NCBI RefSeq assembly: GCF_002270055.1
Contig: NZ_NIBG01000008.1
Coordinates: 4,113 to 28,112, forward strand
Origin: Anaeromicrobium sediminis
GTDB taxonomy: Bacteria > Bacillota > Clostridia > Peptostreptococcales > Thermotaleaceae
Direction of reading: 5' to 3'
DNA: 24,000 nt
Shown: piece by piece, positions 1 to 8,794 of the stretch
Position numbering within the stretch: position 1 is the stretch's first letter
Layout of the letters: each line of letters starts with the position of its first letter
Notes under the pieces: model-generated
Told to the model about the DNA's origin: nothing
The model's input: only the letters and a program-made list of their open reading frames with translations
Database searches by the model: none
Program-made: the position numbers and the translations under genes

Positions 1-248
1 ACTAAAGGTGTGTAAACTTATTTCAGTTCAATAAAGTCTAGCTACTTACAAGGGATTGTGGATGAAAAATTTTTAGAAGGTGGAACATCAGTATACACTT
101 TACTGTAAACAATTATGAACTTTCTATAGTAATTATAAGATTTACACTATATAGTCTGATAGTGACTTACCTTATAAAATATTTTTTATCCACATGACCG
201 AAGTAAGTTCATATACATTTAGATTGGACATGGTTTATCTATATAGAT

Positions 249-275
249 AAGGACGGTTAGTTAATAACCGTCCTT
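249..275 (-). terminator. Candidate ilvC terminator hairpin
   Basis: 10-bp stem aaggacggtt (249-258) / aaccgtcctt (266-275) with a 7-nt loop, 14 nt past the ilvC stop. The U-tract on the minus strand is weak (AUCUAUAU). Confidence 0.45.
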
Positions 276-288
276 AATAAGTAAAATT

Positions 289-1281
289 CTATTTTTTTAA
301 CCAAGACATCATACTTCTTAACTCTTTTCCTACTTCTACAATAGGGTGTTCTAATTCTTGTCTCTTAACAGCATTGAATACTGGTCTATTAGCCATATTT
401 TCAGTAATCCAATTCTTAGCAAATTCACCCCTTTGGATTTCTGATAAAACCTTCTTCATTTCTTTTCTAGTTTCTTCTGTAACAATTCTTCTTCCAATCA
501 TGTAATCTCCATACTCAGCAGTATCACTTACACTGTAGCGCATTTTTTCAAATCCACCTTCGTATAATAAATCAACTATAAGTTTAAGTTCATGTAAGCA
601 TTCAAAGTATGCAATTTCTGGTTGGTATCCAGCTTCTACTAAAGTATCAAATCCCGCCTTAACAAGTTCCGTAGCACCGCCACAAAGAACTGCCTGTTCT
701 CCAAATAAATCTGTTTCAGTTTCCTCTTTAAAAGTAGTCTCTAGTACTCCTGCTCTTGCTGCTCCTACACCTTTAGCATAAGCTAATGCCACTTCCCGAG
801 CATTTCCTGTGTAATCTTGATATACAGCAAATAATGCAGGAACTCCTTTACCTTCTTCATAAACCCTTCTTACTAAATGTCCAGGTCCCTTTGGTGCAAC
901 CATGAATACATCCACATTAGCAGGAGGTACAATTTGAGTAAAGTGAATATTGAATCCATGGGCAAATGCAAGGGCATCTCCTTCATTTAAGTAAGGTTTT
1001 ATGCTTTCTTCATATAAAGCCTTTTGCTTTTCATCTGGAACTAAAATCATAACCACATTAGCAACTCCAGCAGCATCCTTTGTATCCATTACCTCAAGTC
1101 CAGCTTCTTCTGCTACCTTCCATGATTTACTTCCTTCATAAAGGCCTACTACCACATCTACTCCACTTTCTTTTAAGTTTAGGGCATGGGCATGACCTTG
1201 ACTTCCAAATCCTATAATAGCAACCTTTTTCCCCTTAAACATTTCTAAATTTCCATCTTTTTCATAATACATTTTTGCCAT
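289..1281 (-). CDS. ilvC: Ketol-acid reductoisomerase (class I KARI)
   Basis: 330-aa ORF with N-terminal Rossmann motif [15 protein letters not shown] and a typical short-form KARI sequence throughout. SD AAAGGGGA lies 8 nt upstream of the ATG. A T-box leader lies upstream. Confidence 0.97.
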   Translation of the reverse strand: MAKMYYEKDGNLEMFKGKKVAIIGFGSQGHAHALNLKESGVDVVVGLYEGSKSWKVAEEAGLEVMDTKDAAGVANVVMILVPDEKQKALYEESIKPYLNEGDALAFAHGFNIHFTQIVPPANVDVFMVAPKGPGHLVRRVYEEGKGVPALFAVYQDYTGNAREVALAYAKGVGAARAGVLETTFKEETETDLFGEQAVLCGGATELVKAGFDTLVEAGYQPEIAYFECLHELKLIVDLLYEGGFEKMRYSVSDTAEYGDYMIGRRIVTEETRKEMKKVLSEIQRGEFAKNWITENMANRPVFNAVKRQELEHPIVEVGKELRSMMSWLKK

Positions 1282-1375
1282 ACGAATCGTCCCCTTTTCA
1301 AAATCTTTCGAATATTCTTATTATTTGTTTTAAGAATGGCTATTTTAGTAAACCATTCTTATTTTAAGAAATTTT

Positions 1376-1660
1376 AAAAAAATCTCTCATCCCCAAGACA
1401 CAATACACTTGTATCTTAGGGATGAGAGACTTCTCATGATACCACCCTATTTCATAAGTTATTCACATAACTTACCTCATCAGGTCAAAATTAACCCTAG
1501 CCATATAACGGTGGCACTCCTACACAAATAGAATTCCGGCCTCACTTACTCTTTTCATTTCAGTTTGGCAGTTTGGAAGTGATTATTATATACGCCTTTA
1601 ATGCTAACTCTCAGCTCTCATTAGCTCTCTGTAATTAAAGTTATCGTATTTTTCTCTTCC
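1376..1660 (-). promoter_or_regulatory. T-box riboswitch leader (tRNA-sensing antiterminator) controlling ilvC
   Basis: Read on the minus strand. Stem I has base helix GGAAG/CTTCC, an AGAGAG bulge and a distal loop containing CUGAGAG. The conserved T-box AAUAGGGUGGUAUCAU (plus coords 1436-1451) sits just upstream of the terminator. The terminator is a 16-bp stem (1383-1398 / 1414-1429, one G-U) followed by U7 (1376-1382). Confidence 0.85.
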
Positions 1661-1696
1661 GCATTACTTTTACGAATTTTCAATTTATTGTTAACT

Positions 1697-1725
1697 ATCT
1701 TAACACTATGTTTCAAAATAGTCAA
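1697..1725 (-). promoter_or_regulatory. Sigma-A type promoter for the T-box leader/ilvC
   Basis: Minus strand: TTGACT (1720-1725), 17-nt spacer, TAAGAT (1697-1702). It lies about 35 nt upstream of the Stem I base. Confidence 0.6.
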
Positions 1726-1838
1726 TATATTTTTTATATTTTTTTACATTTCATATTACTTATTATTAATAGTAGCTCTGCATAGGGTTTAGGCCACTTT
1801 ATTATTTTATAATTTCATGACCTAAACTCCATAATTAT

Positions 1839-3530
1839 TTAAACTGATTTACTTTTAATCCTAAAGTCACCTGATTCACACATCATATGTTCAATTTCTT
1901 CAATAGTAACTGGCTTACTAAATAAATAGCCTTGATATTCATGGCAGCCAATTTTATTTAAAAATTCTAACTGTTCTACAGTTTCAACTCCTTCAGATAC
2001 AATTTTTATCCCCAATTCTTTTGCCATTGTTACAACTGCTTTAATTAAAGATTCATCCCTTTTATCTACACCTATACCATCGACAAACAATTTGTCAATC
2101 TTTAATACATCTATTGGGAATATTTTCAAATAACTTAAGGATGAATATCCTTTACCAAAGTCGTCCATGGACAAGGATATTTTCTTTTTCTTTAATTCTT
2201 CCATAATATTATGGGCATATTCTATATTTTCCATAGCTGCAGTTTCAGTAATTTCTATGTTTATAAATGATGGATCAATGGCTGTATTCATTAATATGAA
2301 CTCTAATTTATCCATAAACTTACTTTCATTAAATGATTCGGCAGAAATATTTACAGCAATACTTATTGGCTCTAAATCCATATCTATCCACTTTCTAATT
2401 TGTAAACAAGCCAATTCTAATACATGCTCATCTATTTCTTTAATAAGACCCGTTTCTTCAGCTATTGGTATGAAATAATTTGGATAAATTAGTCCAAGTT
2501 TAGGGTGATTCCATCTTACCAATGCCTCTAATCCCGTAATTTTTCCCGTTCTAACGTTAACCTTAGGTTGGTAGTGAAGAAAAAACTCTCTATCCTTCAG
2601 TGCCTTCCTAATCTCTCCTTCAATTTTAATCTTTTTCCTTATTTCTTCATCCATTGTACTATTATATATTTTATAATTATTTCGTCCCATTTCTTTTGCT
2701 TTATACATTGCAATGTCTGCATTTTTGAATAATACTTCTCCATCACCTGCATCATGAGAAAGTATTGAAATCCCAATACTACAAGTAACATGTATTTCCC
2801 TTTCTCTTACTATAAATGGACCTTTAAAAATATTTATAATATCTTTAGCAATAGATTCTATTTCCTCAATATTCTGCACAATTATTATAAACTCATCTCC
2901 ACCTAATCGGCCAATGGTATCCTCTTTTTTAATAATTTCTTTTAGCGTACCAGCAACACTCTTTAAAAGATCATCGCCCCAATAGTGGCCTAGTGTGTCA
3001 TTTATTAATTTGAATTTATCTAAATCAATAAATAATATTCCCATTTTACTGTTTTTTCTAAGGGCTTCTTCAACAACTAATGTTAAATGTTCTTTCACAA
3101 ATCTCCTATTTGGTAGATCTGTTAAGCAGTCATGAAAGGCAACATATTTTAACTTTTCTAAAAGTTTTGTCTTTTCTTCAATGGCCTTTGAAAACCCATA
3201 TGCAATAAATATTATTCCTAATCCTAGGAAAATTTCCTCAAATATAATATCTTGCCATTCTGGAAATGAAATAAATTTAAGTTCATCAAGGGCATCATTT
3301 AATGTTGAAATGGCAAAAAGGGCCCATCCTATACTTAAATATGTTATTTTAGATTCTAAAGAAATAAGAAAACAAATTACACTAACAATAAAAAATGTCC
3401 CTTCTATTATGAAGTCATGGCTATCCACTTCTAAATTACTTTTAATACATATAAAATTTGTTACTAAAATTAATCCAAATAAAATTCCAATTAATATTTT
3501 CATCGATTTTTTTAAGGTTTTCTTCTCCAT
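1839..3530 (-). CDS. Membrane-anchored GGDEF-EAL protein (diguanylate cyclase/phosphodiesterase)
   Basis: 563 aa with about 4 N-terminal hydrophobic helices. The GGDEF motif is intact (RLGGDEFIII). EAL-domain motifs are present: EALVRW, DDFGKGYSSLSYL, KIDKLFV, EGVET, QGYLFSKP. Confidence 0.93.
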   Translation of the reverse strand: MEKKTLKKSMKILIGILFGLILVTNFICIKSNLEVDSHDFIIEGTFFIVSVICFLISLESKITYLSIGWALFAISTLNDALDELKFISFPEWQDIIFEEIFLGLGIIFIAYGFSKAIEEKTKLLEKLKYVAFHDCLTDLPNRRFVKEHLTLVVEEALRKNSKMGILFIDLDKFKLINDTLGHYWGDDLLKSVAGTLKEIIKKEDTIGRLGGDEFIIIVQNIEEIESIAKDIINIFKGPFIVREREIHVTCSIGISILSHDAGDGEVLFKNADIAMYKAKEMGRNNYKIYNSTMDEEIRKKIKIEGEIRKALKDREFFLHYQPKVNVRTGKITGLEALVRWNHPKLGLIYPNYFIPIAEETGLIKEIDEHVLELACLQIRKWIDMDLEPISIAVNISAESFNESKFMDKLEFILMNTAIDPSFINIEITETAAMENIEYAHNIMEELKKKKISLSMDDFGKGYSSLSYLKIFPIDVLKIDKLFVDGIGVDKRDESLIKAVVTMAKELGIKIVSEGVETVEQLEFLNKIGCHEYQGYLFSKPVTIEEIEHMMCESGDFRIKSKSV

Positions 3531-3676
3531 AGATTCCTTGTCTCCCCTTAAAATAGCTTTTTCTGTCCTTAGATTTAAAAATTCTACATTTTTTGGAATT
3601 TCCCTCTTTTTTGTGACTAATCCTTTATTTGGATTTTATTTTAAAATATGGAGAAATACTATTTAAATTTCAAATA

Positions 3677-3705
3677 TAAAAACTCCTGATGATCCAGGAG
3701 CTTTT
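3677..3705 (-). terminator. Rho-independent terminator of the 181-aa gene
   Basis: Minus strand GCUCCUG-GAUCAU-CAGGAG followed by UUUUUAUAUUU, about 40 nt downstream of the stop at 3744. Confidence 0.7.
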
Positions 3706-3743
3706 ATATGTTCATGAACTGAAAATTTTACATGTACTTATTT

Positions 3744-4289
3744 TTAGTTTAATTTTTCTACTCTTTTAAGAATATCATATGTATGATCAAATACATGCCT
3801 ATTGCAAATATAAAAATAATCTTTATTATTAATTATTATAAAGTCGCCTTTCTTACCATATTGCTTGCCCATATAGCAATCTATAAGAACGTCTTCTTGG
3901 GCCTCTACTCCTATTAATTCCATGTATTTAACCCTATATACATTCCAGTTTAATATGTCTTCCTTAGAAAAGTCTACACAATCAGCATCCTTTTCATGTT
4001 CATATTTATAAGTTCCTATTACACTATCTATATCAGAAACCTTATCATCTACTAAATCATGCTTTCTTTCAAAATGCTCAGGAGCTGAAGGATAAAGTTC
4101 TCCAAATATGCCTACCACAACATAATGCCCTTTAGGCACCATCAAATTCCCTTCAATAGTAAGTATCTTAATTTCTTCATTTGTCTTAAAGGCTCTTAAT
4201 TTAATAGTTTTTTTAACTACAGTATATTTATTATCTAATAGATAGGGATCGTCCTTTAACATGTCTAAATATAACATATTATAATCCAT
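3744..4289 (-). CDS. Hypothetical soluble protein with an internally repeated KG[HD][YF]-hydrophobic ... F[ED]x[KT][HY] motif
   Basis: 181-aa ORF with its own terminator. The start is uncertain: the AAAGG motif abuts the first ATG, and ATGs at codons 5 and 10 are alternatives. I recognise no family with confidence. Confidence 0.7.
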   Translation of the reverse strand: MDYNMLYLDMLKDDPYLLDNKYTVVKKTIKLRAFKTNEEIKILTIEGNLMVPKGHYVVVGIFGELYPSAPEHFERKHDLVDDKVSDIDSVIGTYKYEHEKDADCVDFSKEDILNWNVYRVKYMELIGVEAQEDVLIDCYMGKQYGKKGDFIIINNKDYFYICNRHVFDHTYDILKRVEKLN

Positions 4290-4426
4290 CCTTTCTGTGC
4301 AGTCTATACTTTTTCACTTCCTACTTAATTTTTTGCTATTTTTGTAAATGCTATACGGATATTAAAGGAAATCCATTAATATTTAACCTATTTTATTGGA
4401 ATAATACTGTATAACTAAATACTTAT

Positions 4427-4879
4427 ATGGGAGGGCTATTCTTGGGATGGTTTGTTTTTTGCGCTATAGCTTATGCTATTGTATTATTTTTAATTCCTTT
4501 AAATAAATTTAAATATTTATTACCTATTGGATTAATTTCAATGGTTATACTCTATTTAATAGATAGTACCCTAATTAGACTTGGAGCATTTTCATATAGT
4601 TTTCCAAACCCAATATTGGGAGGATTACCTACCCTTTATTTACTTAGTGGTTTTGCAGGAGGTGTATTTCTTGTATATTTTTTACCCTTACGAAAAAGAT
4701 GGCAATCCCCATATATACTATTAGCCTCACTAATTTTCCTTATTATAGAATTCCTAATGATTCACCTTAACTATTTCCACCATCATAAGTGGAATGGACT
4801 AAACTCTTACGTGCTCAATATTTTTGGCTTTATTATAGTTTTGTGGTTTGCACAATATTTTTATGTGCCTAAAGAATAA
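4427..4879 (+). CDS. Small integral membrane protein (4-5 predicted TM helices), unknown function
   Basis: 150-aa strongly hydrophobic ORF. The real start is probably the in-frame TTG at 4442, because GGAGGG (4430-4435) sits 6 nt upstream of it and no SD precedes the ATG at 4427. Confidence 0.75.
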   Translation: MGGLFLGWFVFCAIAYAIVLFLIPLNKFKYLLPIGLISMVILYLIDSTLIRLGAFSYSFPNPILGGLPTLYLLSGFAGGVFLVYFLPLRKRWQSPYILLASLIFLIIEFLMIHLNYFHHHKWNGLNSYVLNIFGFIIVLWFAQYFYVPKE

Positions 4880-4884
4880 ATTAT

Positions 4885-4914
4885 AAAAGCCAAAGATTTT
4901 ACTCTTTGGCTTTT
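4885..4914. terminator. Bidirectional terminator shared by the membrane-protein gene (+) and clpB (-)
   Basis: aaaagccaaaga / tctttggctttt inverted repeat with A/T runs on both sides. The clpB stop codon (4899-4901) lies inside the hairpin. Confidence 0.7.
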
Positions 4915-7490
4915 ATAATTAGGTTATTATCTTTAGCATGAATTATAACTTCATCTTCTTCCTTTATGTCACCCTTAATAATTTTCTTGCCTAATTCTGT
5001 TTCCACATATTTTTGTAAATATCGTTTAACAGGTCTTGCACCATATATAGGTGAGTAAGCATTTTCACCTATATGCTTCTTTCCTTCATCCGTTAGAGCT
5101 AATTTAATATTTCTATCATCTAATCTCCTTTGAATATCTTCAAGACTCAGCTCTATTATCTTAATTACTTCTTCTAAGCTTAGGGGTTTGAATGTTACTA
5201 TTTCATCTACACGATTTAAAAACTCTGGACGGAAATCTCTCTTCATTGCCATATCCATTTGTTCTTTGGCAGAGTCACTTATTTCTCCATTTTCTATTCC
5301 TTCTAATATGAAATTACTTCCTATATTAGAAGTCATTATTATAACTGTATTTTTAAAGTCTACTGTTCTACCTTGAGAATCAGTAAGTCTTCCATCATCC
5401 AATAATTGTAACAATATATTAAATACATCTGGATGGGCCTTTTCTATTTCATCAAAGAGAATTACAGAATAGGGTTTTCTCCTAACAGCTTCTGTTAACT
5501 GGCCACCTTCTTCATATCCCACATATCCTGGAGGTGCACCTACAAGCCTTGATACAGCATGTTTTTCCATATACTCAGACATATCTATTCTAATCATATT
5601 GTTGTCACTATCAAATAAGGCTTGGCATAGGGTTTTAGCAAGCTCAGTTTTCCCCACTCCAGTAGGTCCTAAGAATATGAAAGATCCTATGGGCTTATTT
5701 AAATCCTTAAGGCCAGCTCTAGCCCTTATTACAGCGTCACTTACAGCCTCTACAGCCTCATCTTGACCAATTACTCTCTTATGGAGAATACTTTCTAGTT
5801 TCAGTAGTTTTTGCTTCTCACTTTCTACTAGCTTTGAAATGGGAATTCCCGTCCATTTTGAAACTACTTCTGCTATTTGTTCCTCTGTAACTTCTTCTCT
5901 CAGTAGGTTCTTTTCTTTATTTTCCTGTCTTGTCTTTTCTTCCTCTAGTTTTTTCATTAATTCAGGAAGTCTTCCATGCTTTAACATGGCCAAAGTATTT
6001 AAGTCATAATTTCTTTCTGCCCTTTCTATTTCATATTTTGTTTCATCTATTTCTTGCTTAATTTTGTTTATATTTTCAATACTACTTTTTTCTAGTTCCC
6101 ACTGGACTTTCATAGAATTAGCCCTGTCATTTAAATTTGCCAATTCCTCTTTTAATGTTTCTAATCTCTTTTGGGATAACTTATCATTTTCCCTTTTTAA
6201 GGCTTCCTTCTCAATTTCCAATTGCATTATTCTTCTACTTATCTCATCTAATTCTGCAGGCATACTGTCTATTTCAGTTCTTATCATGGCAGCTGCCTCA
6301 TCCATTAAATCAATGGCCTTATCTGGTAGGAATCTATCTGTTATATATCTATCTGATAAGGTTGCTGCCCCTATTATGGCATTATCAGTAATTCTTACAC
6401 CATGATGAATCTCAAACTTCTCCTTAATACCCCTTAGTATGGAAATAGTATCTTCCACATTAGGAGGATTTACCATTACCTTTTGGAAACGTCTTTCTAG
6501 CGCAGCATCCTTTTCAATATATTTTCTATATTCGTCTAGGGTAGTAGCCCCTATACAATGTAATTCTCCACGAGCAAGCATAGGTTTTAGTAAATTACCC
6601 GCATCCATGGCACCTTCTGTCTTTCCGGCTCCCACAATGTTGTGGATTTCATCTATAAATAGAATTATCCTTCCTTCAGACTTTTGTATTTCGTTTAATA
6701 CGGCTTTTAATCTTTCTTCAAATTCTCCCCTAAACTTGGCCCCTGCAATTAAAGCACCCATATCTAGGGCAAATATAGATTTATTCCTTAGACCTTCTGG
6801 CACGTCCTTATTTACAATCCTCTGGGCTAATCCCTCTGCTATGGCAGTTTTTCCTACTCCTGGTTCTCCAATTAATACGGGATTATTTTTAGTCCTTCTA
6901 GCTAATATTCTTACCACATGCCTTATCTCACTGTCCCTACCTATTACTGGATCTATCTTTCCCTTTCTTGCTAGTTCCACTAAATCTCTACCGTATTTTT
7001 CTAATACATTATAGGTATCTTCAGGATTTTGGGATGTGATTCTTTGATTTCCCCTTACTTTGTTTAAAGCCTCTAAAAATCTCTCTCTATTTATATTGTA
7101 TTTTTTAAATATATTTTTAGATGGTATATTCTTATTGTTCATTAAGGCCAAATACATGTGTTCCACACCTACATATTCATCCTTGAATTTCTTAGCTATA
7201 TTTTGAGATTCAATAAGTACCTTATTTAGTTCTCTAGTTAAATAAGAAGAATTAGCTCCATTTCCATGAACCGCAGGAATTTTATCTACTAATTCACTTA
7301 CGTCCTTAATTAAGAAGTCTTTATTCTCCCCCATAAAATCTACTAATTTAGGTATAAGGCCATCTTCATCAGTTATTAAACTAAAGTGAAGATGAGCTGC
7401 ATCTATTTGTTGTTGATTATTTTTAGTAGCAATTTGTTGCATCCTCGATATAGCACCTTGTGCCTTTTGTGTAAATTTTTCAAAATCCAT
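4899..7490 (-). CDS. clpB: ATP-dependent chaperone/disaggregase ClpB
   Basis: 863 aa. It has a Clp N-domain, two AAA+ modules (Walker A GEPGVGKT and GPTGVGKT) and a long coiled-coil middle domain between them, which together are diagnostic of ClpB. SD GGAGGT overlaps the stop of the upstream J-protein gene. Confidence 0.97.
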   Translation of the reverse strand: MDFEKFTQKAQGAISRMQQIATKNNQQQIDAAHLHFSLITDEDGLIPKLVDFMGENKDFLIKDVSELVDKIPAVHGNGANSSYLTRELNKVLIESQNIAKKFKDEYVGVEHMYLALMNNKNIPSKNIFKKYNINRERFLEALNKVRGNQRITSQNPEDTYNVLEKYGRDLVELARKGKIDPVIGRDSEIRHVVRILARRTKNNPVLIGEPGVGKTAIAEGLAQRIVNKDVPEGLRNKSIFALDMGALIAGAKFRGEFEERLKAVLNEIQKSEGRIILFIDEIHNIVGAGKTEGAMDAGNLLKPMLARGELHCIGATTLDEYRKYIEKDAALERRFQKVMVNPPNVEDTISILRGIKEKFEIHHGVRITDNAIIGAATLSDRYITDRFLPDKAIDLMDEAAAMIRTEIDSMPAELDEISRRIMQLEIEKEALKRENDKLSQKRLETLKEELANLNDRANSMKVQWELEKSSIENINKIKQEIDETKYEIERAERNYDLNTLAMLKHGRLPELMKKLEEEKTRQENKEKNLLREEVTEEQIAEVVSKWTGIPISKLVESEKQKLLKLESILHKRVIGQDEAVEAVSDAVIRARAGLKDLNKPIGSFIFLGPTGVGKTELAKTLCQALFDSDNNMIRIDMSEYMEKHAVSRLVGAPPGYVGYEEGGQLTEAVRRKPYSVILFDEIEKAHPDVFNILLQLLDDGRLTDSQGRTVDFKNTVIIMTSNIGSNFILEGIENGEISDSAKEQMDMAMKRDFRPEFLNRVDEIVTFKPLSLEEVIKIIELSLEDIQRRLDDRNIKLALTDEGKKHIGENAYSPIYGARPVKRYLQKYVETELGKKIIKGDIKEEDEVIIHAKDNNLIIKAKE

Positions 7491-7501
7491 ACATATACCT
7501 C

Positions 7502-8422
7502 CTAACTTCTCGGATTAAATTTAGATATATCCTTTAGTTTTTCATATAGATTTTTTTCTTCTTCCGTAAGGTTTTTAGGGTTAACAATTCTAGTTTTTAT
7601 ATATAAGTCTCCCGCATTTCCAGTTCTGTCCTTATATCCCTTTTTAGGTATTTTAATTTTTCCATCTGGCTGAATACTAGGTGGAATTTTTACTTTAATT
7701 TTCCCATCTAATGTCTCTACTATGGTTTCACATCCAAGAGCTGCTTCCCATGGGGTTAAATCCACCCTTGTATATATATTTAGCCCGTCTAATTCTAATG
7801 AAGAATTCTTTTCAAAGTTGATTTTTAAATATAAATCTCCATTAGGGCCACCCATGCCTCCATGTCCTTGTCCCTTTAATTTTATTTTCTTTCCTGGCAA
7901 TATGCCCTTTGGTATTTTTATAGAAAGACTTTTATTTCCCTGTTGAGTTTTCAAGTTAATAGTCTTTTTTGCTCCTTCATAGGCTTCTTTAATGGAGACA
8001 CTTATTTCTGCTTCTATATCTTGACCTTTAGCTGGACCTCTACGAGTACCCCCTCTACCAAACATGGATCCTAAATCAAATCCATCGTTGCCAAATACCA
8101 TATTGAAGAAATCACTAAAATCACCATTAGCTCCACCACCAGAATGTCCAAATCCCCCAAATCCAAACTGAGAAGGGTCAAAATTCATACCATTTTGGAA
8201 ATTATACCCACTTCCAAATTGGTCATATTTTTTCCTCTTTTCTTCATCACCTAATACTTCGTAGGCTTCATTTATGGATTTAAATTTTTCTTCTGCTTTT
8301 TTATTATCTGGATTTGCATCGGGATGATATTTTTTTGCTAATTTTCTATAGGCACTTTTTATATCACTCTGAGATGATCCCTTATCCACTCCTAATATTT
8401 TATAATAATCTTTATATTCCAA
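7502..8422 (-). CDS. Class II J-domain co-chaperone (CbpA/DnaJ-like, no zinc finger)
   Basis: 306 aa. It has a J domain with HPD ([10 protein letters not shown]), a G/F-rich linker and a DnaJ C-terminal substrate-binding fold, with no CxxCxGxG repeats. The start codon is TTG (8420-8422) with SD GGGGAG 7-8 nt upstream. An 11-nt gap to clpB implies an operon. Confidence 0.93.
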   Translation of the reverse strand: MEYKDYYKILGVDKGSSQSDIKSAYRKLAKKYHPDANPDNKKAEEKFKSINEAYEVLGDEEKRKKYDQFGSGYNFQNGMNFDPSQFGFGGFGHSGGGANGDFSDFFNMVFGNDGFDLGSMFGRGGTRRGPAKGQDIEAEISVSIKEAYEGAKKTINLKTQQGNKSLSIKIPKGILPGKKIKLKGQGHGGMGGPNGDLYLKINFEKNSSLELDGLNIYTRVDLTPWEAALGCETIVETLDGKIKVKIPPSIQPDGKIKIPKKGYKDRTGNAGDLYIKTRIVNPKNLTEEEKNLYEKLKDISKFNPRS

Positions 8423-8500
8423 TCTAATCTCCCCTTTTGAATAATTGAATTCTCTATCTACATATTATTTTTTTCTATTTATATATATTTATTCTAGTTT

Positions 8501-8517
8501 TTTGACTTTCTTTGACT
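8501..8517 (-). promoter_or_regulatory. CtsR operator (class III heat-shock repressor box)
   Basis: The minus strand reads AGTCAAA-GAA-AGTCAAA. This is a perfect match to the published CtsR heptad direct repeat (A/G)GTCAAA-NAN-(A/G)GTCAAA, and it starts 3 nt after the -10 box. Confidence 0.7.
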
Positions 8518-8520
8518 TTT

Positions 8521-8549
8521 ATTATAAATAAAATTCTACTATAAATCAA
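8521..8549 (-). promoter_or_regulatory. Sigma-A promoter of the J-protein/clpB operon
   Basis: Minus strand: TTGATT (8544-8549), 17-nt spacer, TATAAT (8521-8526). Confidence 0.7.
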
Positions 8550-8617
8550 GATGGCATTTTTACACATTTTATTCACCATTGTAAATTTTTTTTATAATTA
8601 TAAATTTATATAGATTT

Positions 8618-8646
8618 TTAGCATATAGATATGTTATATTTATAAC
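8618..8646 (+). promoter_or_regulatory. Candidate promoter for the activase-hypD-proC operon
   Basis: TTAGCA (8618-8623), 17-nt spacer, TATAAC (8641-8646). It would give a leader of about 140 nt. The background is AT-rich, so this is weakly supported. Confidence 0.35.
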
Positions 8647-8648
8647 AA
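8631..8648. promoter_or_regulatory. Rex-like palindromic operator candidate
   Basis: Perfect 7-2-7 inverted repeat TGTTATA-TT-TATAACA (8632-8647). The core TGTTA-N6-TAACA has the same geometry as the clostridial Rex consensus TTGTTAA-N4-TTAACAA as I recall it (11 of 14 specified positions). It overlaps the spacer and -10 of the candidate promoter. Confidence 0.35.
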
Positions 8649-8794
8649 GAAGTGCAAAGTTTGTATTTAGTAACTTATATAGTAATTTTTGTAGAATTTC
8701 ATCGTTTTACTTCCATCAACATTTTTTTACAACCGTAAACTTTTTTAACCAATATATTTTATTTAATATTTTAATTTTAAGGAGTAATTTTATT

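Noticed and set aside
1-248. Left window edge examined for a gene end, tRNA or small RNA
   Set aside because: There are only very short ORFs and no recognisable RNA motif or cloverleaf, so the region is left unannotated.
1332-1360. 8-bp hairpin AAGAATGG-N13-CCATTCTT between the T-box terminator and the ilvC start
   Set aside because: It has no U-tract, is short and has a large loop. It could be an mRNA-stability element, but nothing distinguishes it from chance.
1556-1558. GAA-AUG-A as an alternative (Met) T-box specifier
   Set aside because: It lies 3' of the helix that closes Stem I in my fold, so it is outside the specifier loop. A Met specifier would also be illogical for ilvC.
1787-1828. 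GTTTAGG...CCTAAAC inverted repeat downstream of the GGDEF-EAL stop, considered as a terminator
   Set aside because: The loop is 28 nt, one mismatch appears when the stem is extended, and there is no U-tract, so I did not call it.
2167-3666. ORF-track plus-strand ORFs 2167-2478 (103 aa) and 3181-3666 (161 aa)
   Set aside because: Both lie antisense to the well-supported GGDEF-EAL gene. Their translations are low-complexity and Ser/Ile/Asn/Phe-rich, as expected for the reverse frame of an AT-rich gene, and neither has an SD.
5188-7014. Four plus-strand ORFs inside clpB (5188-5376, 6064-6405, 6137-6391, 6439-7014)
   Set aside because: They are shadow ORFs antisense to a full-length, motif-complete ClpB. 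Their composition is typical of antisense frames, and two of them overlap each other.
7722-7946. Plus-strand 74-aa ORF inside the J-protein gene
   Set aside because: It is antisense to the Gly-rich DnaJ C-terminal region. Its Pro-rich translation is the mirror of the Gly codons.
8423-8794. Search for a CIRCE (HrcA) element TTAGCACTC-N9-GAGTGCTAA upstream of the J-protein/clpB operon
   Set aside because: The only resemblance is TTAGCATATAG (8618-8628), which has no inverted partner. The CtsR box explains the regulation instead.
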